Of a stretch of 64,000 nt of DNA, positions 1 to 9,768 are shown piece by piece. Source of the DNA: Coleofasciculus sp. B1-GNL1-01. GTDB lineage: Bacteria; Cyanobacteriota; Cyanobacteriia; Cyanobacteriales; Coleofasciculaceae. The translations under genes were made by a program, and so were the position numbers. Within the stretch, counting starts at the first letter, position 1. Every line of letters starts with the position of its first letter. The notes under the pieces are model-generated. The model ran no database searches, was not told the DNA's origin, and worked only from the letters and a program-made list of their open reading frames with translations. The stretch is from NCBI GenBank assembly GCA_040220235.1, contig JAVJTO010000071.1; one strand, given 5' to 3'.

Positions 1-64
1 TGGGATTAGGGCGGGTTTTGTGGTTGAATTTGAGGTAGGTTTCCTCATGTAATCCCTAAACCCG

Positions 65-400
65 CCCCTACATCTTTGGGATGCGATCGCGGTTGAGAAT
101 CCGATAGATTTTGTTATCCCCTTTCAGGTTGGGATTAAGGCAGGTTTCATTTGTAGGGGCGGGTTTAGGGACAAACTTAACCCACAAACCAATAACCTTT
201 GTGCAAAACCCGCCCTGCCCCACCTCTCACTACCCCTACATGTTTGGTGTGCGATCGCGGTTGAAAATCAGGTGGGTTTTGTTATCCCCTTTCAGATTGG
301 GATTAAGGCAGGTTTCATTTGTAGGGGCGGGTTTAGGGACAAACTTAACCCACAAACCAATAACCTTTGTGCAAAACCCGCCCTGCCCCACCCTCTCACT
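65..400. repeat. Tandem duplication of a 168-bp unit (65-232, 233-~400), each containing a HIP1 site and a GTAGGGGCGGGTTT...AAACCCGCCC hairpin
   Basis: Two near-identical copies read directly; 'cccctaca' at 65 and 233. Confidence 0.9.
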
Positions 401-412
401 TATAATCACCTT

Positions 413-979
413 TTACTCAATAGAGTAAAGATAAGATGAACCCGCTGGGCATCGAAGTCTTTCTTCTGAACGACTAGGCACTACCACTATTTCAGGCGGT
501 TGAGTAGAGGGTTGGTCTGTTCCACAAATAGCATTTATTGTGATATTTTCACCATTTTCTTTAATTTCAAATACCACCCCGGTGTAACTTCTAAGTCCAG
601 ATTCTTTAGCCTCCGCTGTAGCCATTACACCAGGTATTTGTTGGGGGGTGACAATCTGGTAGCGATAACTTTCTGTTTCTGGCGATATTCCCAGATTTAA
701 TTCCTCAATTGAGCGAGCAAAAGTACCTGTTTCTAGATAGATCATTTGCTGCATTCGATTGATTGAACGAATATCTTTTTTGGCTTCAGCTTGTTTTGCT
801 TTCGTTGCCTGATTCAGAAAAGAGGGTAATACAATTGCCGAAACTATACCTAAAATGATTAAACCCAAAAACAAGCAACCACAACCTGCAAATATCCATA
901 GTATAAGAGGAAGCTTATTTTTCTTGGCAGTTGCCGTTGATTCTGCTGTCCAATCGCCTTCTGGTGGTGTTTGTGCCAT
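413..979 (-). CDS. Type IV pilin-like G/H family protein
   Basis: Hydrophobic N-terminal helix, then 'LPSFLNQATKAKQAEAK..I.SINRMQQ..YLE' and 'LRSYTGVVF...AIC' with a C-terminal Cys pair. Confidence 0.85.
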   Translation of the reverse strand: MAQTPPEGDWTAESTATAKKNKLPLILWIFAGCGCLFLGLIILGIVSAIVLPSFLNQATKAKQAEAKKDIRSINRMQQMIYLETGTFARSIEELNLGISPETESYRYQIVTPQQIPGVMATAEAKESGLRSYTGVVFEIKENGENITINAICGTDQPSTQPPEIVVVPSRSEERLRCPAGSSYLYSIE

Positions 980-1084
980 CGTGATAGTTCCCCCTGATTG
1001 AACCCGTGGGCAAGCTTAATCATGTCAGAGTATTCCCATCGACTCTATTTGTCAATACAACCCTACCTGAATTTTCACAGTTTG

Positions 1085-2395
1085 TTAGAGTAGACTCCGC
1101 GCCTTCAGTTGTAAATAGCGGTTAACCAACTGCTCACTAATTTGATTCGCAGGTGCATCTAATACCAACACCCCTTTTTGTTTCAATTGGGCAAAAGCTA
1201 CCTGACGCTGGGCAATTAAATCTAACGCAACCGCACGAGAGTAAGTTGCTTCTATATCAGAAGTCCGAGTGTGAGCAATAGTATCAACCAGTGGATCACG
1301 TAATGTCACACAAAAGGGTAAATAACGCGGCGTGAGGCGTCCCATGGCTGATAAGAGTTCAGCCGAAGCGGTTACATCAACAATATCGGTAATCAAAACC
1401 ACTAAAGCACGACGAGTTTGTTGATTCACTAATCGCGTCACCGCGCCAAAATAATCCGGTTCTAATAATACAGGTTGAATTGGCGTCAAACGTTCTATTA
1501 ATTTCGATAACTGATGCTGACCCCGTTCCGGTGGAATCCAACTCGTCACTTCTCGGTCAAACACACCAATTCCCACTCTATCGCCTCGATTTAATCCCGC
1601 CAAAGCCAGGGATAATGTCGCATTTAACCCCCAATCAAACCGCTTTAATCCCTGCACCTGCGCCGTCATTAACCGCCCTCGATCAAGTAAAATAATTAAC
1701 GTTTGCTCCCTCTCTGGTTCTAATACCCGGATTAACGGACGTGAACGGCGGGCTGTGGCTTTCCAATCGATAAGCCGAGTATCATCGCCAACGCCATACT
1801 CCCGGAGTTCTGCAAACTCGGTTCCCGCACCCAGGCGTCGCGCTCGGCGCATGGTTCCGGTATTTTCTAAAGTGAGGCGAATCGAGAGTTCTCGCAATCC
1901 CAACAAATCCGGATACACCGCCATCGTCTGACTCGCGGGGATTGTCCAATCCAGCCATGCTAATCCCCAGCGCCCCCGTTGGCGCACTTGAATATCTCCC
2001 CAGTGATACTCACCGCGACGTTTGGGATTAACGGTGTAGGTGAATTCCTGAGTGTGATTGGGTTCCAGTTGGGCGGAAAGAGTGGGTGTAGAGATGTCAA
2101 ACTCTAGTGGGTAATGATCACGCAGGCGAATTCGGGCAGATGACGATCGCGATCGCACCGATAGTACCACAGGATTATCCCGCCCGATGGATAATCGATG
2201 TAACGGATAGCGCGTCACCGTGACACGATGCGGTTTAACCCGTTGTCCATCCCAAACCGCTAAACTCAGGACAATCGCATCAAATCCCAGAGTTCCCCAA
2301 ATGCTGCTTGGCTGATTAAACACAACAGCCAGTAAAAGGGCGATTACCATACCCAGTAGCAGCAGCCAATAAAGACGTTGTGACGGAATAATCAT
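1085..2395 (-). CDS. DUF58 domain protein (MoxR-associated, vWA-like)
   Basis: 'GTEFAELREYGVGDDTRLIDWKATAR' motif; directly downstream of MoxR. Confidence 0.92.
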   Translation of the reverse strand: MIIPSQRLYWLLLLGMVIALLLAVVFNQPSSIWGTLGFDAIVLSLAVWDGQRVKPHRVTVTRYPLHRLSIGRDNPVVLSVRSRSSSARIRLRDHYPLEFDISTPTLSAQLEPNHTQEFTYTVNPKRRGEYHWGDIQVRQRGRWGLAWLDWTIPASQTMAVYPDLLGLRELSIRLTLENTGTMRRARRLGAGTEFAELREYGVGDDTRLIDWKATARRSRPLIRVLEPEREQTLIILLDRGRLMTAQVQGLKRFDWGLNATLSLALAGLNRGDRVGIGVFDREVTSWIPPERGQHQLSKLIERLTPIQPVLLEPDYFGAVTRLVNQQTRRALVVLITDIVDVTASAELLSAMGRLTPRYLPFCVTLRDPLVDTIAHTRTSDIEATYSRAVALDLIAQRQVAFAQLKQKGVLVLDAPANQISEQLVNRYLQLKARSLL

Positions 2396-2504
2396 ATTAG
2401 TGTGTAGGGGCGGGTTTCACTATTATCGTTTCTTGCCTCACCCAGATGCAACTAAACCCGCCCTGACTAGGGTTTGAATTTTGAATTATTCATCGCCATA
2501 TCCA

Positions 2505-3455
2505 TCAACGCGGAACCGGAACCTGCTTCAATAACGACGCAATCACCCCATCAACCATCAACCCATCCAACTGCGCCTCTGGTTTCAAAATCAAACGATG
2601 ACGCAACAACGGCGGCGCCACCGCTTTCACATCATCCGGTGTCACATAATTCCGCCCCTCCAACCAAGCATACGCCTTACTCGTTTGTAACCACGTCGCC
2701 GTCGCCCTGGGAGACGCCCCTAATGCTAAATCTGCATGGTTACGTGAACCTGCCACCAATGCTAATAAATAATCCAATATTTTCTCATCCACCTCAACCC
2801 CTTGCACCGCTTTCCGCCCATTGATAATATGTCCTACGGTTGCCACAGGTTTGAGACGTTCCAAATCAAAACGTTTAGCCCGAAATCCCTTCTGCACATT
2901 CAGCAACATTTGCTTTTCGGCGGCGGTATCTGGGTAATCCACCACCAGTTTAAATAAAAAGCGGTCTAACTGGGCTTCGGGTAACGGATACGTTCCCTCA
3001 AATTCGAGGGGATTTTGAGTCGCAATCACCCAAAATAAGTCCGGTAACGGCAAACTTTCCCCATCTAATGTCACCTGCTGTTCTTCCATCGCTTCTAATA
3101 GCGCGGCTTGGGTTTTAGGCGGTGTGCGGTTAATTTCATCCGCCAGCAAAATCTCGGTAAAAACGGGTCCTTGTTTGAGGGTAAAACTGCGGCTATTCAG
3201 GTCAAAAATATTGGTTCCCAGAATATCCGAGGGCAAAATATCAGGGGTAAGCTGAATTCGCCGAAAATCGGCTTGCATTAATTTTGCTAGCACTTTCACC
3301 AGTAAAGTTTTTCCAGTTCCCGGTACACCTTCGATAATCACATGACCCCCACTCAGTAGGGCGACAAGTAATTGTTGTACGACAGTCGATTGACCCAAAA
3401 CAACTTTGCCCAGGGTTTGACTAATGCGATTAAAGATGGTATTGTCATTCGTCAT
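2505..3455 (-). CDS. moxR: MoxR family AAA+ ATPase
   Basis: Walker A GVPGTGKT, RIQLTPDILPSD, LLADEINR, ATQNPLE.EGTYPLPEAQLDRF, GASPR. Confidence 0.95.
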   Translation of the reverse strand: MTNDNTIFNRISQTLGKVVLGQSTVVQQLLVALLSGGHVIIEGVPGTGKTLLVKVLAKLMQADFRRIQLTPDILPSDILGTNIFDLNSRSFTLKQGPVFTEILLADEINRTPPKTQAALLEAMEEQQVTLDGESLPLPDLFWVIATQNPLEFEGTYPLPEAQLDRFLFKLVVDYPDTAAEKQMLLNVQKGFRAKRFDLERLKPVATVGHIINGRKAVQGVEVDEKILDYLLALVAGSRNHADLALGASPRATATWLQTSKAYAWLEGRNYVTPDDVKAVAPPLLRHRLILKPEAQLDGLMVDGVIASLLKQVPVPR

Positions 3456-3459
3456 GTTT

Positions 3460-3516
3460 CAGGGAATAGGGAACAGGGAATAGGGAACAGGGAACAGGGA
3501 ACAGGGAATACGGGAA
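3460..3516. repeat. Heptamer tandem repeat (AGGGAAC/AGGGAAT)n, STRR type
   Basis: About 8 copies read directly. Confidence 0.85.
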
Positions 3517-3517
3517 T

Positions 3518-3609
3518 GTAGAGACGTAGCATGCTACGTCTCTACGTCGGGGCGGGTTTAGTCGTATCTGGGTGAGGGAAGAAAGGATAGTTGTCAAACC
3601 CGCCCCTAC
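3518..3609. repeat. Perfect 28-bp palindrome GTAGAGACGTAGCATGCTACGTCTCTAC followed by a GGGGCGGGTTT...AAACCCGCCCCTAC hairpin element
   Basis: Palindrome at 3518-3545; the second element recurs at 8-70, 153, 321, 2404 and 10727. Confidence 0.85.
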
Positions 3610-3656
3610 ACATTTATGCGCCATGCCCTCGAAGGTTGTGAAGGGTCAGAACTTTT

Positions 3657-4778
3657 TTATAGTTCCGACCATTTTCTCAACCAGTTTAGCAAGTCAGATT
3701 CACTCAAACGGCGTTTGTTAGAGGAGACTTGCAGCAGTTGTTCTAAGTCTTTGGCGGGACGCCCTGTCTGTCGCGCCCAAGCCGCTACTAGGGATTGATG
3801 GTTGAGGGGAGTCTCTCCTAATCCTAAGTCTTTCTGGAGTTGTCGCTGTTCTGCTTTGCCCACCCTATCCACGATAAAGTCATGACTCCCAGCTTTGAGT
3901 AAGACAGCCGCTAGCGCCCGAATGTACGCTTCACTATTATCCACCACTGGGGCGGATAGAGTGACAGGTTGTCCAAAACGACGATTAGCCGCCAAAATCG
4001 CCACAAGTAGGATAACAATGCCTTGGATTAGCAGGGGAAATAGGGGGGTTTTGATTAAATAACTGATGACATTTTCGCCAACTTCGCGTTCGATTGCTTC
4101 TTTATCTTTGTAACCATGGATGTATTCATCAACCCATAGTTGATCGGCGTTGGCAGATGAGTTAATCGTTTCATTTCTAATTTTATCGCCTAGGTTTTCC
4201 TGGGTTACCAGTTTAGCCAATAGTTCATAATTGGCTGAAAAATCCTGATACGCATTGGCAGCGAAATGGGGAGTGGTGACGAAAATCACCTGTCCTTTTC
4301 CGCGTTTCTGTTGCCATATAATCGCGCCAAAGTTATCACGAAGAATGGCATCGTTGCTGGACTTATGTCGCCGCCTGGTGTCAATCTTAACGTTGCCAAC
4401 TGGACTATCTTGTCGGGTACTAAATGCCGCTTCAGTTACAGGTTGTTGGACACCAACGAGAACTAAAGTATTCCCTTGTTTAACCCAGTTGTCCTCGGTA
4501 CTCCCTAATTGATGCGGAACTAAACGGCTGTGAACGCGCAACAAGGTGACATCTTGGCGATCGCCCAATTCACTCAAAGGTTTTTGCCAGCGCTGGAGGG
4601 GAGTTCCCCGTTCTACCATAAATGTATACCAAGCGCCGTAGCCATCAGGGGCGCGGCTATAGGTTGAACCACTATTGAGTTTATTGTTTGCTGGTGCGGC
4701 GACTAGAGTAATCAGAACCAGAACCGCGATCGCGATCGCACTCAATACCCCTAACCGTCGTTTAGATACTCTCATCAC
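3657..4778 (-). CDS. DUF4350 domain membrane protein
   Basis: N-terminal TM, 'STYSRAPDGYGAWY', 'WVDEYIHG', 'RRFG.P'; in the MoxR operon. Confidence 0.8.
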   Translation of the reverse strand: MMRVSKRRLGVLSAIAIAVLVLITLVAAPANNKLNSGSTYSRAPDGYGAWYTFMVERGTPLQRWQKPLSELGDRQDVTLLRVHSRLVPHQLGSTEDNWVKQGNTLVLVGVQQPVTEAAFSTRQDSPVGNVKIDTRRRHKSSNDAILRDNFGAIIWQQKRGKGQVIFVTTPHFAANAYQDFSANYELLAKLVTQENLGDKIRNETINSSANADQLWVDEYIHGYKDKEAIEREVGENVISYLIKTPLFPLLIQGIVILLVAILAANRRFGQPVTLSAPVVDNSEAYIRALAAVLLKAGSHDFIVDRVGKAEQRQLQKDLGLGETPLNHQSLVAAWARQTGRPAKDLEQLLQVSSNKRRLSESDLLNWLRKWSEL

Positions 4779-5392
4779 CCTTGATTAATTTGTTGATAGG
4801 CTTGCTGACACTCCTCAAACAGCGATCGCGAGGCTGGAGTCTGACTGAAACAAAGCTGTTGATGGGTGATCAGCAAGCGTTGATAGGCGCTAGACTGAGG
4901 GAACTGTTGGACTAAATGCAGATATTCGCCATCCGTGCGACTGGGTTGTTGGGGAACATGTCCACTATCATGTAACTGTTGCAACATAGCTCGATACAGG
5001 CACAGGCAAGCCTCACGGTAGTCACCTTGAGTTTGGCAGTTTTGCGATCGCGCCAACCAATCAGCAACGGATAAGGTTTTATCTGGGGTGGTTGTGAGTT
5101 TCTCAGATTGCTGATGCAATTGGTTTCTCCACGAATAAATATAAGGAGAAAACCGTCGCATGAGTTGTAGAGCAATCCAGCATACCAGCAAAGCAATCAG
5201 TACCCAAAAGATTACCCTAGCAATAAAGAACAGAACTGGCGAACTTAACCAAGCGGGTAAAGACCAACCGGAACCCCCTGGAAAATCCGGAGAAAATCGG
5301 GATAATTGGAGTTCCCACCATTCTCCCACTTGTTTTTGCCACTGCTGAAACTGCCAAGCCCAATTACTTTTCTCGTAAGATCCGGTAGACAT
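4775..5392 (-). CDS. DUF4129 domain protein
   Basis: 'GDYREACLCLYRAMLQQL...SRTDGEYL'; its stop overlaps the DUF4350 start. Confidence 0.8.
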   Translation of the reverse strand: MSTGSYEKSNWAWQFQQWQKQVGEWWELQLSRFSPDFPGGSGWSLPAWLSSPVLFFIARVIFWVLIALLVCWIALQLMRRFSPYIYSWRNQLHQQSEKLTTTPDKTLSVADWLARSQNCQTQGDYREACLCLYRAMLQQLHDSGHVPQQPSRTDGEYLHLVQQFPQSSAYQRLLITHQQLCFSQTPASRSLFEECQQAYQQINQG

Positions 5393-5606
5393 GGTTTCTT
5401 TACCCGCTTCCCCATTGTGCTTATGCTTACTGTCCAGTCTTTCTCGAAAAACTGAAATGTTCTGGCATCACAGTCAAAACTTGCTGGCTTAACTGTAGCA
5501 TTTATCACGTTATATCATGTCCGACTCAACAGTCATAATTCCCTTTTGCCTTTCTAAGCAAACAAGCCACCAAATCGGCAATTGTGCAGAAAATGCCCAC
5601 AGCCCG

Positions 5607-5765
5607 AATGATTCAACGGCGTTCTTAATGACTGAATTTTATAAAAATCTGCAACAAAATATTGACAAAGCACAAGCTTTAAGGTTAGCGACGTTGACAA
5701 CTCAGCAAAGATATCCCGATCCGCTTCATTGGGCTGCTTTTACGTTAATTGGGGAGTCGGAATAA
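5607..5765 (+). pseudogene. Isolated C-terminal remnant of a CHAT-domain gene
   Basis: 'DSTAFLMTEFYKNL...KAQALRLA...PLHWAAFTLIG' matches the CHAT C-terminus (compare 38401-38570); no catalytic His/Cys region upstream. Confidence 0.8.
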
Positions 5766-5808
5766 TCAAGGGTTTGGGTTTGGTTATGTCCAATCGTCAG
5801 CCAAGCTC

Positions 5809-5960
5809 ATACTAAGTTGCAGTCTAAGGTAGAATCTGTCATGGTTCGTGGAGTCCGGAGCGAAGCGGAGGAACGAAACGAAGCATCTGCGAAATCCTTC
5901 ACTTCGGAAAGAGGACAGGCTATATCAGGTACGGCAAAACCTTAAAGCACTGTTTGGTAT
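5809..5960. mobile_element. MITE-like element, ATAC(C/T)AAGTTGCAGTCTAA...TTGGTAT family
   Basis: Left end nearly identical to that of 31619-31746; right end degenerate. Confidence 0.55.
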
Positions 5961-5995
5961 AATAAATCAGCAAAAATAATTTTATTCCAGCGTTA

Positions 5996-7117
5996 GTGAA
6001 AACTGATAGTATCTTTTATAACCTATTTCGGACATTCCCCAGTATCTTATTTGAGCTGATTAACCGTCCTCCAGAAGAAGCCGCTAGCTATGAATTTACC
6101 TCCCGCGAAGTCAAACAGTTAGCCTTTCGCCTAGACGGTTTATTTTTACCCAAAACCAGCGAACCTGACAAACCTTTCTACCTCGTTGAAGTTCAGTTTC
6201 AGCCAGATAATTCTTTATACTACCGCATATTTGCCGAACTCTTCATCTTTTTAAGGCAATACCAGCCTTCCCATCCCTGGCAAGTTGTCGTCATCTATCC
6301 CAACCGAAGCATTGAACGAGAGTCAGCTTCGCAGTTTAATGAACTCTTAGCCCTGAACTGGGTGAGACGGATTTACCTGGATGAGTTAGAGGAAGCCACA
6401 GAACGCTCATTAGGGGTAGAAGTTGTTAAGCTTGTAATTGAGCCGGAAGAGACAGCCGGACAATTGGCAAGACAGTTAATCGAACAAGCACAGCAACAGC
6501 TAACCGATGAAACGCTTCAACGTGAACTCATTAATCTGATTGAAACCATTATTGTCTACAAACTACCGAAAAAAAGCCGCGAGGAGATAGCTGCCATGTT
6601 GGGATTAAGCGAGATTAAACAAACCCGATTTTATCAGGAGACTCAACTAGAAGTGAAGTTAGACACCATCCCCAGAATGATGTCAATGGGCTTGGGTTTA
6701 GAGCAAATTGCTTACGCGCTAGATTTACCTCTAGAGACCGTCAAAAAAACAGCCAATAAAGTTCGGCGAGAATATTTGTCGTCCCCTGAGCAAAATATCG
6801 ATGCTTTTATCGAATTATTAACCGAACAAGCTTCTCTATTTTCCGGAGACTACTTGGCTAATTTAGAGCAGTTATTGGCTCCTGTACCCGATGATATTGA
6901 AGCGCTATCAGCCGCGATTTCAGAATGGTGCGAACAACACCCTGAACTTGAAGAGGCGCAATTGAAACTTCTACCCGATAATTTAGAGAAAAAAGCACCG
7001 GGGAGCAAAGAAGGCAACGTCAAAACTGCTAACTATGAACTGAACAAACAAGCTCTCCTCAATGCCATTCAGCAAAGTGCTTCCTCAAAAGATTCTCAAT
7101 CATCCAACTCGGGTTGA
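5996..7117 (+). CDS. Rpn family recombination-promoting nuclease (DUF2887-type) with an extra C-terminal domain
   Basis: 'MKTDSIFY.LF...P..LFELI', 'SREVKQLAFRLDGLF', 'VEVQFQPD..LY.RIFAE', 'IETIIVYKLP'; GTG start. Confidence 0.9.
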   Translation: MKTDSIFYNLFRTFPSILFELINRPPEEAASYEFTSREVKQLAFRLDGLFLPKTSEPDKPFYLVEVQFQPDNSLYYRIFAELFIFLRQYQPSHPWQVVVIYPNRSIERESASQFNELLALNWVRRIYLDELEEATERSLGVEVVKLVIEPEETAGQLARQLIEQAQQQLTDETLQRELINLIETIIVYKLPKKSREEIAAMLGLSEIKQTRFYQETQLEVKLDTIPRMMSMGLGLEQIAYALDLPLETVKKTANKVRREYLSSPEQNIDAFIELLTEQASLFSGDYLANLEQLLAPVPDDIEALSAAISEWCEQHPELEEAQLKLLPDNLEKKAPGSKEGNVKTANYELNKQALLNAIQQSASSKDSQSSNSG

Positions 7118-7258
7118 TGAAAGTTGCTATAGCAACCGCCATAGTGGTTAGGACACATCATTTATGTAGGGACGTTGCATGCAACATCTCTACTGACATA
7201 GCTAAAATTGTGGGATAAATTTGACGGTTAACCCTGAGCGAAGTCGAAGGGTTAAACC

Positions 7259-7396
7259 GGGCGCACGTCGGTGCGCCCCTACAATTCCAATCAACCCATT
7301 AAGGTGTGCCACGCCAGTAGGTTGGGTTGAGGAACGAAACCCAACTCTCATCTCAGGTTTGTTTGTTGGGTTTCGCTATCGCTCTACCCAACCTAC
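7259..7396. repeat. Cluster of REP-like palindromes (GGGCGCACGTCGGTGCGCCCCTAC; GTAGGTTGGGTTGAGG...ACCCAACCTAC)
   Basis: Same elements recur at 41100, 41474, 48288 and 26464-26541. Confidence 0.8.
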
Positions 7397-7731
7397 ATGA
7401 GTGCTGTGTTGCCTGTTGCCTCATCTCAACCGTTAACCCTACATTCCGCAGATCCTGACGGACAGCATTAGGAAGGAATAAAAATTTTACTCCGACAAAG
7501 TCGGTTGATGGGGGAAATTGACATCGCGCATCAAGACAAAATTGGTTATTTTAGGGGATTGAGGGGATAGCGTGGAGGAGTGCGATCGCTCTCCCAAGGT
7601 TAGCCGCTAAAATATTTAGGGTAAATGGCGCTGACTGGTATGCTGGTGGGTTTCGACTTCGCTCAACCCACCCTACTAATTTTCAATCCCAAAGTCTGAC
7701 GTATAGCTAAAAAAAGGGGGGGTATGGACTA

Positions 7732-8652
7732 TTAAATTACTGCCTGAGGGTGTTGAGACCAAGACTGAATCACCTTGAGTGAGGTTGAATGGCGCGGTTG
7801 GGTTGCATGTCCCTGAGACTGAGCCGCTTTTTGAGCCGCCTGTAGTTCGGCTTGCATGACAATCATCTGAGACATGATGGTTTGCAGTTGCACCTGAAGT
7901 TGCTCAACGTCAGAGGTGCTAGGTGGGGTAACAGTTGATGCAGAAGAAGGAACTGATGTTTTGGGTTGATAACCCAGGAAGTTTTGAGCCGAGGCAAATT
8001 TCGCTGACGCTGTTTGGCTGCTAACTGGATGAGCAGTAGCGAGTTGGGTATGAAAGGGTTGTGTGGTGATGGTGAACGGAACACTCATCGGCTGTTCCTC
8101 AGATTTCACCACAGTAGGTGTTAGTGCAGGTTGCGGTTTAACAGTTTCTTCGACTAGAGGTTGAGCTTCATTTTCAGAAGGTGGAACGATTTCCGGTTCT
8201 GGTTTAACGGTTTCTTCAACCAGGGGTTGATCTTCGTTCTCAGAAAGCAGACCTGATTCTTGTTCGCCTTCTTTCTCTAAAAAATTATTGAGTCCAGCCG
8301 CTGCGAGTCGAGATTTAGAAAGTTTCAGTTCTTCTAAAAGTTGTTCCTTTTCTTGAAGATTTCGCTCTAAATCCGAAAGCTGTTCTTCGGCTTGGGCAGA
8401 TTTCTTAGACGATTGTCGCCACCCAGTTACAGCAATTGTCGCGATTCCCGTCCCTACACCTAAAACACTTGCCAATCCTAAGTAAGGCATCGCAACATCT
8501 CGGAGTTTTCCATGATGTACAGGCTCTTCTTGCAGTTGGATTGTGACCTCTTGATCTCCGAAGAACGCTAGAGGTAAAGTCAAAGCTGAGAAGACGGCGG
8601 TTGAAAGAATTATCGGCGTAAAGAGAAATTTCTTTAAAGGAGAGCCAGTCAT
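7732..8652 (-). CDS. Hypothetical membrane protein with coiled-coil segments
   Basis: 306-aa ORF, two N-terminal hydrophobic segments, internal duplication 'SENE.QPLVEETVKP.P'. Confidence 0.7.
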   Translation of the reverse strand: MTGSPLKKFLFTPIILSTAVFSALTLPLAFFGDQEVTIQLQEEPVHHGKLRDVAMPYLGLASVLGVGTGIATIAVTGWRQSSKKSAQAEEQLSDLERNLQEKEQLLEELKLSKSRLAAAGLNNFLEKEGEQESGLLSENEDQPLVEETVKPEPEIVPPSENEAQPLVEETVKPQPALTPTVVKSEEQPMSVPFTITTQPFHTQLATAHPVSSQTASAKFASAQNFLGYQPKTSVPSSASTVTPPSTSDVEQLQVQLQTIMSQMIVMQAELQAAQKAAQSQGHATQPRHSTSLKVIQSWSQHPQAVI

Positions 8653-8918
8653 GATTGATAAGTCCTAGTGACAATTTCCAGTATCAGTTGTGCGAAACAA
8701 GGCGTCTTTCTCAAATTTCACCAAATTGCAAATTGCCGATGCTGATTAAGCCAGTTGGCAGGAGAGATTGCTTGGGTGTGAATCGACTTGCCTTAGCTTG
8801 TTTACTAGATTAGCCAATTGTCTATCAAGTCCAGATAAAGTCCAAAAAAAACTCAGTGAAGTTCTGATGAACTTTTATTAACTTGTCATGGGTCATTGGT
8901 CATGGGTCATTTGTCAGA

Positions 8919-8958
8919 GAACAGTGAACAGTGAACAGTGAACAGTGAACAGTGAACA
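8919..8958. repeat. Heptamer tandem repeat (GAACAGT)5+
   Basis: Read directly. Confidence 0.9.
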
Positions 8959-9050
8959 CCTCGACTTAACTCGACTTACTTCGGCTTCGCTCAGTAACAC
9001 GCTCGGTAACACGCTCGGTGTGAACAGGTAAGGTAGAACTTTGAGTTAAC

Positions 9051-9100
9051 TTCCCCTGCTCCCCCTGCTTCCCCTGCTCCCCCTGCTCCCCCTGCTCCCC
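9051..9100. repeat. Decamer tandem repeat (TCCCCTGCT/CCCCCTGCT type), 5 copies
   Basis: Read directly; same repeat at ~28163-28217. Confidence 0.85.
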
Positions 9101-9532
9101 TTAAACGCCAATATCTTCATTCCAGAGTTTGGGATGCTGTTGAATAAAGTCGCTCATCATCTGCTGGCACTCCTCTAGATTCAAATCCACAACCTCGACG
9201 CCATGGGATTCCATAAATTCCCTAGCACCAGCAAAGGTTTGAGACTCGCCAGCAATCACCTTTTTAATCCCAAATTGCACCACAGCCCCAGCGCAGAGGT
9301 AACAGGGCATTAATGTAGAGTAAAGGATTGTGTCATTGTAGTTGCCGATTCTGCCCGCATGACGCAGGCAATCAATCTCGGCGTGGGTGACAGGATCATT
9401 ATCTTGAACGCGCTTATTATACCCCTGACCAATAATCTGACCCTCTTTGACCAACACCGAACCAATGGGAATTCCCCCTTCCCGGAGTCCCTGCTTGGCT
9501 TGAGCGATCGCGGCTACCATAAACTCATCCAT
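9101..9532 (-). CDS. Zn-dependent nucleoside/cytosine deaminase
   Basis: HAE and PCxxC motifs; 'EGGIPIGSVL', 'W.EDIG' as in yeast-type cytosine deaminase. Confidence 0.9.
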   Translation of the reverse strand: MDEFMVAAIAQAKQGLREGGIPIGSVLVKEGQIIGQGYNKRVQDNDPVTHAEIDCLRHAGRIGNYNDTILYSTLMPCYLCAGAVVQFGIKKVIAGESQTFAGAREFMESHGVEVVDLNLEECQQMMSDFIQQHPKLWNEDIGV

Positions 9533-9768
9533 AGTCTTGCTATTCTAGAATTCCCTAAATTTCTATAGATTAGTACGTTTTCAGGATTTTCTCCGGATCG
9601 GATTATTGGAATTGGGGAGATGCAAACAGATGTTCTGAACCGCTATGACCGATTTCATAAACGGAACAAAAGGGTGGTAGGGATGTCAACCCCTAGTCCA
9701 TCGGTTCAGTCATCGGTCATCATCATAGTTTAGTGAATTAACATCTCATCACCAATTGGGAGTCAACA

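Noticed and set aside
111..428. 105-aa ORF with an internal repeat
   Set aside because: It is the translation of the 168-bp non-coding duplication; no RBS or recognisable domain
1085..5392. MoxR-DUF58-DUF4350-DUF4129 operon as a novel system
   Set aside because: Widespread, known gene arrangement with nothing atypical here
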